Of a stretch of 64,000 nucleotides of DNA, positions 52,036 through 64,000 are shown in pieces. The notes beneath the pieces were generated by a model. That model was not told where the DNA came from, made no database searches, and worked only from the letters and a program-made list of their open reading frames with translations. The stretch is from Octopus sinensis (Eukaryota): positions 33,356,001-33,420,000 of the forward strand of contig NC_043004.1 in assembly GCF_006345805.1 (NCBI RefSeq), in the 5' to 3' direction. Positions within the stretch are counted from its first letter, which is position 1. Each line of letters opens with the position of its first letter. The position numbers and the translations under genes were made by a program.

Positions 52036-53504
52036 GCTTTCATCCTTTTGGGGTCGATTAAATAAGTACCAGTTACGCACTGAGGTTGACGTAATCAACT
52101 TAATCGCTTTGTCTGTCCTTGTTTGTCCCCTCTATATTTAGCCCCTGGGGACAATAAAGAAATAAATATATATGAAAGATATTGACAAGTCACCTGAACT
52201 CATTGGAGTTTTACATAAAACTCCTGCCTGACCACATTGCCCTGGCCTCTCCCCACCCCTTGGTAACTGTTTATGGTGTTGGCTTTTACATTAATAATGT
52301 AATAGAGATAGAATTTTTATGTACACCAAATTTACATGGTTCCATTGCAAAGACTAAATGTTTGTTTGGTGTTCCTTATTATCACTCATTTTCAAAGATA
52401 TTTTGTCAGTTTCTGCATTTGCTGTGATTAAAATGGAGCTCAGGTTCATGAACCCAAACTTTGTTAATATATAACTCAAACTCTCATTAACATGTCTTGG
52501 ACTATGGAACTTGGATTCATGAACTCAAACTCTAACCCCATGAAGCCAAGTAGAACAACATTTACCTGGTTATTTGTCTACCACTAAAATCATTCCCAAG
52601 TAATATAGTATGAAATGCTTTAAGGGCCATAAAACCATGGAATTATAGAGTTGACTTCCTCATAAAAACTCTGTGAATTCATCTCAGACATTAATTAATA
52701 ATCTTTATCTAAAAACATTGATTAACGGTCTTTCACTTTCTAAATAAACACTAATACAAAAGCAACACACAACTTTGGATAATTTGAAGGAAAGTCTTCG
52801 TAATTATAGATGGCTGCTGTTCATATTTTATCTTGCAGCAACTATGAAATCATTCTAAATATGGAGGTGTGTCTAATATTTATCCTCCATCATACTTGCT
52901 CAATTTTTATCTGATTTTCATTTAATCCATATTGAATCCGCTTCCTCCAACTTCAATGCACTTTTGTGTATGTGTGTGCAAGTGTATACGCTTCTGGACA
53001 TATTTGAAAGTGTATACACTTTTATGTTAGTGTGAATGTACATAAAATATGTGTGTGTGTATGTGTGTGTATTCTGTATTAATAGAAAGATAAATTGCAT
53101 CCACATTTATGATGGTTGCTAAAACAAAGCTTATATTTATCAATGTAGGAATGATTTTTTCTTTGGAGTCTCTTCTTTACACACTTTCTTCATTACTACC
53201 TATGTATGGTTTCTTTAACCAAACTATTATTATGTTCATTCATAAGATTTCCTTTGGGCATATCTATTAGGAATCACTGCTATCTCAAAGCATCTTACCT
53301 TGTCAAATGATAAAATTATAATATCGGCTTAGCATATCCAGGAGAAATATTATTTTGGGAGAATAAATTACTCTGTTTACTCAAGTTATCTGACAAATAC
53401 TGTTCTTATTTCAAGGTGGAGTGATTAGCACAACAATGGGTTCATGGGTTCACCCGAAGCTGATAATTTAATGGAATCAGTAGTAAACAAAGGACTAGAA
53501 TTCG

Positions 53505-53870
53505 TACATGCACACATACATACATACATACATACATACATACATACATACAGACAGACAGACAGACATACATACATACATACATACATACATACATACA
53601 TACATACATGCATGCATGCATGCATGCATACATACATACATACATACATACATGCATGCATGCATACATACATACATGCATACATACATACATACGTACG
53701 TACATACATACATACATACATGCATGCATGCATACATACATACATACATAATACATACATACAGACAGGCATACATACATACATACATACATACTTACAT
53801 GCATGCATGCATGCATGCATGCATGCATGCATACATACATACATACATACATACATACATACATACATGC
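53505..53870. repeat. Long (TACA/TGCA)n compound microsatellite
   Basis: Direct inspection; similar tracts at 45425-45950 (CTAT/TACA), 47398-47490 and 56280-56700. Confidence 0.95.
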
Positions 53871-53879
53871 AGACATACA

Positions 53880-54760
53880 TAGAGATACAAGGAGCATTGA
53901 TAAAACCTATTCAGAACAACAGAAGTAAAACGAACCAGTTCAATGAGAACATAGTGCACGTGTACTTGGCACGTGAACCACAAGCCATAGACAAGAATGA
54001 TTCTGTCAAAAGCTTGGCATGGAGGATCAACAAGTTGATGGCATCCCACACTTTGAAAGCTACATCCATGCAATCCAAGAACAAGTGACCTCACCAAATA
54101 CCTAGAACATAAAAGGTAGAAAATGTAGACCACAAAAGGTATTTTAACATGAAAGGTAGAAAACGTTGACAAACAACAAATGTAGGCTTTGCGTGAACAA
54201 GACCGAAGACGGTCAGCCATATTATTGCCAACTTTTGAGAGAATGTTTTTCAGATATTATCTTCCCATGAGGTATGACACGGTTTGCCAGAACGGACTGG
54301 AACAAAAAAGGGAATACTTACAAACGACGTTGACCATATTGATTATTGGTGGAACTTCAAGATTAAAAAATCCACAAATATCGTTGTGTGCAACCACAAA
54401 GAAAAGGTATGTTCTATTGTGGAAATCAGCTGCTCTTTGGACACGTATGTGATTAGAAAAACACAAGAGAAAGAAGACATTTATGAACTATTGATAAGGA
54501 GTCTGCAAATCCGGTATCCAAGATGCACTTTCAGTTTCACACCTATTATTATTATTATTATTGGAGCAACAGGACACATACCAACCTGTCTGGAGCAAAG
54601 TTTGGCTGAACTTGGGTTCTTGGGGGAAAGAATACGAATCCTTAATTCATACGCTACGAATGATCATGATATGTGGGACAATAAACATCTACAAGACTTT
54701 CTTAAGATTTAGCGGATGATGGTTCAATCAAGATACTTTCATTCACAACCTTTCCACGAA
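53880..54760 (+). mobile_element. RLE-type non-LTR retrotransposon 3' remnant (CCHC plus restriction-like endonuclease)
   Basis: CRLCVNKTED-(V)SHIIAN...RYYLPMRYDTV, then YWWNFKIK...IVVCNHKEKVCSIVEISCSLD...EKEDIYELLIRSLQIRYP...PIIIIIIGATGHIP. Confidence 0.85.
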
Positions 54761-54864
54761 GTAGGTGGCTTTGGTAGATGGAAACTGTAAGAAACCTCTT
54801 GTGTGTGCGTGCGTGTGTGTGTGTGTGCGTGTGTGTGTGTATGTGTGTGAGCATGTGTATACAT

Positions 54865-55340
54865 ATCATCATCATCATCATTTAACGTCTGTTGTCCATG
54901 CTGGCATGGATTGGATGGTTTGACTGGGCTGGCATGCTGGAAGTCTGTGCCAGGATCCAGTCTGATTTGGCATGGTTTTCTATGGCTGGATGCCCTTTCT
55001 AATGCCGACCACTCTAAGAGTGTAATGGGTGCTTTGACGTGCTACCAGCACGGGTGTCACTTTCGTGGCACTGGTATCTGCCACGACAACAATTTTGCTC
55101 GGCTTGATGGTCTTCTTCTCAAGCCTGACATAATGCCAAAAGTCTTGGTCATTACCTGGATGTGGCCCAACAATCGAAAGGAGTTTGGCCACTTTGCCTC
55201 CATGAGGCCCAACGCTCGAAAGGAACTCAGCCAACTTGCCTCCGTGTGACCCAACACTTGAAAGGAACTCAGTCACTTAGCCTTGTGTCAGGCCCAACAC
55301 TCGGAAAGTACTTAGCCCCTTTGCCTCTATGAGACCTCAT
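54865..55340 (-). mobile_element. RTE-like 3' end with four approximately 42-bp tandem repeats at its 5' side
   Basis: Family tail at 54865-55100; ggcccaaca...gaaagga...tgcct occurs four times at about 55165-55335. Confidence 0.65.
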
Positions 55341-55368
55341 GTTCAAAGGTTGATTTTTTTACATAAAG

Positions 55369-55401
<33 letters not shown>

Positions 55402-55797
55402 ATATCGGCTTGCTTTCTTCTTAATGCTTTCTAAGGATGTTCGCAAGAGACATGAAAGACAGATTGTTATTGTGGACACACAGGTTTGTTTGTTTGGCTG
55501 TTTTTCTTTCATACTTATAAATGTTCTCCCAGTCTTGTGGCAGAAGGGAATAGCAATTGTGGCAGGCTGGTGGATTCGTCAGAGCTTAGAATGGTGAGTT
55601 TGAGTATATGAAGGAAAAGAAAATGGCTGGATTTCCATAGAAATGGTTGGTCATGTTTCCTAAACAGGATTTGGCAGAAAGCAGAAAATACTGCTTCAAA
55701 AATAATATTAAAAACGATATAATTTCAAGAAATTAGGAGAAGACTCTCATGGTTTTAGCAATACACAATGATACAGATGATGAGAATAATAATAACA

Positions 55798-55828
<31 letters not shown>

Positions 55829-55922
55829 CGACAACGATAATAACAATAATGATAATGATAATAATTTGCTTAGAGTAATTTCCTTCTGAATTTGCAAATC
55901 CATATCATTCTTTGCTGTGTAC

Positions 55923-56000
55923 CTTATTGCCGAAGGCAGTAATAGGCTGGTAGCAGTCTGCTTCGAATCTGAGAAATGGAGCACGAGGCATTTCTTCTCT
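55923..56000 (-). CDS. Candidate exon (78 nt; frames REEMPRAPFLRFEADCYQPITAFGNK or EKKCLVLHFSDSKQTATSLLLPSAIR)
   Basis: Donor AAG|gtacac; acceptors ctgcag| (56000) or the strong polypyrimidine tract ...ctttccctctcag| (56031). Non-repetitive island between microsatellites. Confidence 0.25.
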
Positions 56001-56097
56001 CTGCAGCTATATCGTCATTAATGTAAACTTACTGAGAGGGAAAGAAGAAGGGGAAAGGGAGGAAGAGAGAGAGAGTGTGTGTGTGTGTGTGTGTGTG

Positions 56098-56155
<58 letters not shown>

Positions 56156-57925
56156 GGAGAGAGAGAGAGAGAGAGAGAGAATGAATTATCTTTTAAGGCT
56201 TAGAATATATTAGAGAAATTCTAAAGAATATTTTAAAATACATTATTTTTTTGTAACTAAGAGGAGATGGAGGTATTAGATACATCTATTTGTATATATG
56301 TATGTGTGTATGTATTTATGTATGTATGTGTGTGTGTATATATGTGTGTATGTATGTGTGTGTGTATGTATGTATGTATATATGTATGTATGTATATATG
56401 TGTGTATGTGTGTATGTATTTATGTATGTATGTATGTATGTGTGTATGTGTGTATGTATTTATGTATGTGTATGTGTGTATGTATGTCTGTGTGTATGTA
56501 TTTATGTATGTATGTATGTATGTATGTATGTGTGTATGTATGTGTATCTATATATGAATATATATAAATGCTCCCACATACATATGTATATATGCAAATA
56601 TGTAAATATATACATCCTACACACATACACATATATATGTGTGTGTATATACATATATATGTGTATGCATATATATGTACACACACACACACACACACAC
56701 AAAATACACACGTATTGTTATAATTTAAAAAGAGCTTGATTTGGTTCCATGTGACTTAAAGATCTGCAGGTTTCTAACAGAAACCTGGCTCGTTCAAGCT
56801 TAGATTACTGAATGGAGATACACAAGAAATCCAATATGACTATTGGAAAATGGAGTGCTGTTGGTCAAGATGGGTCACATGATGGTCAGATGAGAGATCG
56901 GCATTTCAGCAACACTTGACGCATTAGAAAGAATTTCTTGGACTGCGTGGCTGAATAGGAAGCTGGTGTCATCTTGGTGTCTGAGAAGCTGACGTCAGCA
57001 AGACTGGCGAGCGTGTATATGTATATGTGTGTGTGTGTGTGTGTGTGAGTGTGTGTGTGAGTGTGTGTGTGTGAGTGTGTGTGTGTTTGTGTGTGTGCGT
57101 GTATGTGTGTGTGTATGTGTGTGCGTGCGTTTGTGTGCGTGTGTGCATGTGTGCATGCATGCGTGTTTATGTGCATGTGTGTGCATGTGTGCGTGCGTGC
57201 GTGTTTGTATGTGCGTATGAGTGTGCATGTGTGTGTGTGCATTTGTGTGTGTTAGTGTCTGCATTTTTTTTTTGTCACTGCCACTTGACAACTGGTGTTG
57301 GTGTGTTTACATCCCCATAACTTAGCGGTTCGGCAAAAAAGACCAACAGGCTTAAGAAAAATAAATAATATTAAATACCCGGGTTGGTTCATTCTTCAAA
57401 GCAGTGCCCCAGAATGGCCGCACACTGATGCTTGCAGCAAGTAAAAGATAAATGTTAAAAAATGTGCGTGTATATCTTGTGTCTTGGGAAGGTCATTATA
57501 CCTATAATAAGAACACATGCACTGGTTCAGTAACACTTCTCTATTGTTATTATTATTTTTTAATATTCGAGCTGGCAGAACCGTTAGCAAAATGCTTAAT
57601 GGCATTGTGTCCGTATTTCCGCTCTGAGTTCAAATTCTGCCGAGGTCAACTTTGCCTTTCATCCTCTCGGGGTCGATGAAATAAGTACCAGTTGAGCACT
57701 GCGGTCGATGTAATCGATTAGCACCCACCCCTCAAATTTCAGGCCTTGTGCCCATAGTAGAAAGGATTATTATTATCATTATTGGTGCAGTGGCCATCCC
57801 ATTACACAAGATTCATTTCAATACACGAATTCACATCAAGAATCGTGCAAACCGAATACGTATATGAAGTATATGTATATATGGGTGTTTGTGCATGGAC
57901 ATATGCGTTTGTCTATATATATCTA

Positions 57926-57962
<37 letters not shown>

Positions 57963-58879
57963 ACACACACATACACACACATAAGCAATAATTATAACGA
58001 TATAGAATTTGAAGATTTGTTCATCCTCAACACTGAACAACTCTCCATATTCTCTATTGTTATGATTATTGCTAATATACACTCCAGATTATATTACCAT
58101 TCAGAGAAACGAACACGGATTTACCCACCGAAAGAATTTACAGCGTGATTGACAACTAATTGTAGTCATAAATGTTAAATACTAATCGATGTGGCTAGCC
58201 GTAACCTGGTACATAATTGAGAGCCACCACGATACCCACCCGGATAATATATCTCTCCAATCTCACACTTATATATATATATATCATAAACAGTACACCG
58301 GTGAGAGATAAACAAAATATATGACACAGATATTGTATGCAAAAGGGGACAGAATGTTTGGCATTAGATGTAGCTGCTACATCATTAGTTTGACATCCTA
58401 ATATGCAAAACGACACGCATGAAGAAAAAAATGAGATCTGAATAATGAGGTTTTTAAAAGTATGTGAAGAAGTTCTTGCGTATGTGTGCTAGTTTCTTGG
58501 AAAACGGAAAAGAAATTCTACCTGCGAGTAAAACGTGACAAAGGACGAATTTGAAATGTGTGTTACCAGGTGAGACCAAGGTATAAATGGTAAAATGCAA
58601 ACACAAAACTTCTGATTATTAGTTAAAAAGTACCTGATGCAAATATAATTTTTTTCCTGAGACACACACACTCACAAACAACGCGCGCGCATACGCACAC
58701 AAACGCACACACATACACACATACATACACACACACAGACACACAGGCACACACACAGACACACACACACGTTATATAGATACATGAAAGCAAATCACAT
58801 AAAATAAAAGAAGACAAACAAGAAAGAGGTTTTTTTTAAGCAAATGTATTAGTTTAATGTTTAAAAGGAAAGGAAAGTG

Positions 58880-58915
58880 CTTTGACGTTTCGGATACTGG
58901 TTTTTCATCAGAAAA
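58880..58915 (-). ncRNA. Minimal hammerhead remnant (core intact, helix II disrupted)
   Basis: Minus strand tttt-CTGATGA-aaaaccagtatcc-GAAA-cg-TC-aaag. Confidence 0.35.
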
Positions 58916-59161
58916 AATACATATTCTTTGCATATGGTTATACCTGCAATAAACTTTTATATATATACTTGTGTGTGTGAGTGTTTATATGGAAACATAT
59001 ATAGACAAACCACTACCACATACGACAGCTCATCGTAATTAAATTCCGGGGTGGGAGCGCTAAGCAATGTTGTGTATAAATACAATATTATGCATACACA
59101 TTCGTGTACACTGTTTCTGTCTGTTTCTATCTCTGTACCTGCTTATATTTCTCTGTTTTCT

Positions 59162-59209
<48 letters not shown>

Positions 59210-59527
59210 CCACCTTTGTACCTACACCATAGATACATCATGGCGTCTGGTGTGGCTTTTTAAACCAGGCAGTTTTAAAAAGACACCCACATAGATTGCA
59301 TATCTGATTTGAAACACCAAGAGCTGCAGTTAAGTTCTGATCTTAGTGGATCTTAAAATACCTTTTGAGGCCTACGTCAGATTTGCAGACCTTATGGCAT
59401 ACAGGGCATCGAAAGGTATGCACAGATATATAGGTAGAGTAGTTGGTGGAAGTTCGTTTTCCATGGTCCAGAAATGAGATTTGTGCCCAGCAAAAGAAAA
59501 GTATGGTCTATCACAAACTGTGCATAC

Positions 59528-59591
<64 letters not shown>

Positions 59592-60122
59592 CATATATAT
59601 ATATAAACGTACATACAGTAGGTAATAGCAAGGGATCGTAAGTAATAGTACATAGGTTCATCTGCTACAATTTGAAAATCTAGATTTCATAATTATTCCT
59701 ATTTATTTAAGTATAGAAGAAAAGGTAATTCTGCTAATCTTAGTAAATGCATTTGGGATTTAAAAGATAAGAACATTAAGTATGATTTAAAGTGGTCTGT
59801 TACTTTGTTAAGTACCATCGTACAATATTAGTGATTCTAGATGTGATCTTTGCCTGGAAGAAATGTATTATATAGTTACTTCTAAATAAATTTTATTAAA
59901 TTTAATGGGAATTTTACAATGAAATGTTGCCACAGATTTCGGAGGGCATTAAAATATTTCAATTATTAATTATAATTGCTTTTCATATGTTATATATTAG
60001 CCATGATTTTTCTGAAAAAAGTTTACTATTTTTAATTGTGACGTAAATTTTTATGTTTCTAATTGTCGTAACGTAGACTTCTTATGTTTATTTTTTATTC
60101 TGTCCTTATCTGCTGACGTTAC

Positions 60123-60196
60123 CAAGAGTGGAATGCAAAAATAGGTTTTTCTGGATTATATTTCTTCCTAGCATTCTTTTTGTATATGTCCGTGTA
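60123..60196 (-). CDS. Candidate exon (74 nt; YTDIYKKNARKKYNPEKPIFAFHS or TRTYTKRMLGRNIIQKNLFLHSTL)
   Basis: Acceptor aaatattttcag| and donor TTG|gtaacg; two frames are open. Confidence 0.2.
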
Positions 60197-60716
60197 CTGA
60201 AAATATTTCCTTAGTTCAGTTTGAATTGAACAAATTTAAGGTCGCATTGAAACTGATGTGGTAACATGTACTTTCGGAAATATCAATTTCAATGCTACTT
60301 TCCATATCTAAATACAGTAATACAATAGAAACAATTGTTGGTTTTGTAACGTGAACTCTACAATTAAAGATGTGATTTTGTCTATGTGTAATTTTGTCGT
60401 CTGATACTCTGAGTTCATCGAAATTCTTCTAAACGACATGTACATCTACTTGTCATACGTAAGGAATTACTTTGGGTGTGTATTCTACTTGCATTTATTG
60501 ATGTCTGATTGTAGGATATAGTTAACCAAATTAATTTAAAACTAACTGCTTTATTGATATCTGCCTGAATTTTTTAATCCCTTTTTTCTTACAGTTATAC
60601 ATACATACACACACACATACATTCACACACACATATGTATGTATTTATGCATGATGGCTGTCCACTTGTGACCAAGGAAGTCCTTCTATAACAATCACCT
60701 GTACAAAATACCAGCA

Positions 60717-61095
60717 ATGCACATGCGTGGGGTTATTGCACCAGCAATTGTCTTTACCATGGTTTGCTCTGCAGCTTCCATGCTCGCCGCAACACTCTCC
60801 TACGCAACCGCCCATCACATAGCCGTCTTGCTGGCGATTGTACAACATAAAACTTTGACTCAAACAAGGCTTGCACAGATCCGCCCCGACTCTCTTCACC
60901 CTACTGTCATGATACAAAGTCAAGCCTGGACAAGATATCCAGTGCAGATATTGGCCGCAAGCTTAGGAATGTGGGAACACTACCATCAGAAATTCAAGCA
61001 AAAGATCCCAAAAATGTCCACAGCCATTCCTCGCAAATCTAGTTTCATAACATATTTGGGACACGGAGTGAGTTGCCTCCCCTGTCTGCAACTTA

Positions 61096-61100
<5 letters not shown>
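60717..61100 (+). other. Unexplained GC/CpG-richer ORF (127 aa) with hydrophobic N-terminal half; exon or TE fragment
   Basis: Non-repetitive ORF MHMRGVIAPAIVFTMVCSAASMLAATLSY...; possible donor GGA|gtgagt near 61068; ends in (AAT)n. Confidence 0.2.
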
Positions 61101-61145
<45 letters not shown>

Positions 61146-61149
61146 CAAC

Positions 61150-61632
61150 ATTGTTTTGTCTTGGTATAAAAGATGGGCTACAGCAAATATTCTGCTCAAT
61201 ACCACAGATTTGCTTCTCAGTTGTTTGACCGTAACCAGTTGAGCATGTCCCTTAGTGGCTGACGATATCTGCATCTCTGATCACGAGCAGAAGTAGTGGG
61301 GGAGCATCATAACCATGTGTTGAGAGGGATTCTTTGGGGTTTGAATAATTCACCTCTGGAAACATGGGTGGTTCTTTCAACATCCTTAAACAACCCTTAT
61401 TCAGGGACCTTTTGAGCGGGATGGGCTACTCAGCCTGAAGAAAATTCTAACTGGGCCCCACCTGCAAGGACATGTGCGGTTTATCTTGATATGTGATCAC
61501 CATGTCGCGCACATATGGTTGTGATGCATGTGCCTGGTGTACCCTTATCAGACGGGTAGTCATGATGGGTATATTGGGCTTCGTATATTTTACCCCAGTG
61601 TCACTTTGATGGTATGGTCTGCTCTCTCACTC

Positions 61633-61663
<31 letters not shown>

Positions 61664-62225
61664 CCCTGATGCAGTACCAGGCAGTAGCTCTCATGGCTTC
61701 TGATCTTAACTGATTGGAAGTGTTATCATGTACATTGTTTTGTCTTGGTAAAAAGATGGGCTACAGCAAATATTCTGCTCAATACCACAGATTTGCTTGT
61801 CAGTTGTTTGACCTTAACCAGTTGAGCATGTCCTTAGTGGCTGAAGATATGTGCATCTCTGATCACGAGCAGAATAGTGGGGGAGCATCATAGCCATGTG
61901 TTGAGAGGGATTCTTGGGGTTTGAATAGTTCACCTCTGGAAACATGGGTGGTTCTTTCAACATCCTAAACAACCCTTATTCAGGGACCGTTTGAGCGGGA
62001 TGGGCTACTCAACCTGAAGAAAATTCTAACTGGGCCCCACCTGCAAGGTCATGTGCTGTTTATCTTGATATGAGATCACCATGTCGCGCACATATGGTTG
62101 TGATGCATGTGCCTGGTGTACCTTTATCAGACGGGTAGTCATGATGGGTATATTGGGCTTCGTATATTTTACCCCAGTGTCACTTTGATGGCATGAACTG
62201 CTCTCTCACTGAATAATAATAATAA
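61150..62225 (+). mobile_element. Two tandem copies of family D separated by (AAT)n
   Basis: 61150-61660 (5'-truncated) and 61664-62225 (full length, starts atgccctgatgcagtaccagg); both end in an (AAT)n run. Confidence 0.9.
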
Positions 62226-62839
62226 TACATGTAGCTCCTACCAAATGCGTTGAGTGACACTTTCGTTTGTCCATTCATACATACATATGCATATACATAC
62301 ATACATACATACATACATACGCACGTACATACATACACACACGCGCACACATACACACAGACATACATGTATATATGTCTGTATGTGTGTGTATGGCAAC
62401 GATGCTTGAGTGTCGGTGAGTATAACTGGACGAGTATGATGGGGGTTTGTGGATATATGCTTTTGTATGTATAATATAAAATGTTTGCTTCAGTGTGTTC
62501 TCCTTCATTGTATGTACGTGTTGCATTACGCTCCAAGAGACACTATGCGGGGTCAGTATCTGCGCATGTGGTGGCGTACTGCATACATATAATATTTGTT
62601 GTGTGTGACATAAAAGGGGCTTCCTATAAAAATGTGTTTGTCTGTGTATGCAAGTGTAGTGTGCATGTAGAACGGGGAGGAGGAGGATAATGGAAGATGT
62701 TATAGAGAAAGAAATGTTAAAAGTTAAGAAAATGGAAGTTTGGAGAGAGAGAGAATAATTTGCTGATCCTGATTTTTATAGATCCCTTGTGTTAAGCCAA
62801 CAAAAACATAGAAAAATGGTATAAATATGTGTGTGTGTA

Positions 62840-62870
<31 letters not shown>

Positions 62871-63005
62871 TGTGCGCGCGTGCGCGTATGTATTCAACTT
62901 TAATGGAATGTCATTTCATTTATAATTTCAACTGTCGTTGAAAAAGTGGTGATTGCTGTCAGCATGAAACCTTAGGTAGCAGAAAGTTAACAAAATTCTT
63001 GTTAA

Positions 63006-63068
<63 letters not shown>

Positions 63069-63095
63069 TATATATATATAATATATATATATATG

Positions 63096-63180
<85 letters not shown>

Positions 63181-63280
63181 GTATATATATATACACACAC
63201 ATACATACACACACATACACACATACACACACACACACATATATAAACGTTCATATATATATATACAAACGTAAATATAG

Positions 63281-63326
<46 letters not shown>

Positions 63327-63891
63327 TTGCTATATTATTTATATTCATCTAAGCAATGCTTTTTTTCTTCTTTTAATTATGAGAAATATTTGAAGTATTT
63401 GGTTGTTGTTGAATTACTACACATTCATACTAAATCACATTCCTTTGACAGCCCTCTCCTTACCTAAGTCGTGGCCCTTAAACTTCCAGCTTTCGCATGC
63501 TGTCATTGAGCAATTTATTTTTCATTACCTCAGATCATTCTTCCTCTCAGTTCAGACACTTCAGATCAACTTCGCAGTCAGAATAACCTATCAGCTTCAA
63601 ATCACAGATTCTTCATATGTTTTATAATTTTATTTTATATACTTCATTTTTTTTTTTTTTTTCTAAGCGTTATTTGTTTTCTTTACTTCTCTGTTTTGAA
63701 ACTCAATAAATCATTTAGTGTCATTGCAAACAAAATATGTCTTTTCACATTTCCATGCGGCTGAATCAACGTTTCATAGAGTTTTTTTTTAGTCTTCAAT
63801 TATGTTGTTAGCTTTGCGTTCTTTTTTATTTTATTTTTTTACTATTTTTCTATATTTCTGCTTTCTACTTTCTGCTCCATTAACAGCATAC

Positions 63892-64000
63892 CTTCTACGA
63901 CAGGGATCAACATCAATGACATCCTCCACTTCCTTCCCTCCTTCTCCTTGTCCCCTTCCTCTGTTGTATCGAATGTCACCATTCATTTTCATCTTTCGGT
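63892..64000 (-). CDS. Candidate coding exon, possibly the first, truncated by the window edge: (RK)MKMNGDIRYNRGRGQGEGGKEVEDVIDVDPCRR
   Basis: Frame open to the window edge with ATG at 63992 and 63986; strong donor GAAG|gtatgc at 63891; the other two minus frames contain stops. Confidence 0.4.

Noticed and set aside
55923-56000. FLRFamide-like neuropeptide (PFLRF)
   Set aside because: Followed by Glu rather than Gly plus basic residues, and present as a single copy.
63462-63510. Minus-strand donor TTAG|gtaagg with short ORF MTACESWKFKGHDL
   Set aside because: Phase-incompatible with the 63892 exon and weak acceptor; it could be an alternative or UTR exon but is unsupported.

Overview
AT-rich animal genomic DNA packed with microsatellites and transposon relics. 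The SINE/LINE families and the (AT)n/(ATC)n/(AAT)n/(TACA)n density point to a coleoid cephalopod, most likely Octopus (inference from repeat content). No complete protein-coding gene can be identified, and almost all long ORFs in the supplied track are microsatellite artefacts. Several short segments with good splice signals lie on the minus strand (63892-64000, 60123-60196, 55923-56000, 49426-49558, 35359-35416, 12926-13056, 5798, 159-345), so the window may be mostly intronic DNA of one long minus-strand gene; I could not assemble or name it. Recognisable elements include tRNA-derived SINEs, RTE, CR1 and Tx1/L1 LINE remnants, RLE-type (R4/Dong-like) retrotransposon remnants, Tc1/mariner remnants and a small Helitron. 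The most interesting signal is about ten type I hammerhead ribozyme (HHR) motifs of Penelope-like/retrozyme style from several unrelated sequence families. One is canonical (40484-40589), two are near-canonical (21177-21251 inside a 428-bp partial tandem repeat; 38936-38978 inside a perfect 104-bp fold-back), and the rest are degenerate, often at CpG sites in the catalytic core. The three best motifs are all on the + strand, antisense to the inferred host gene.
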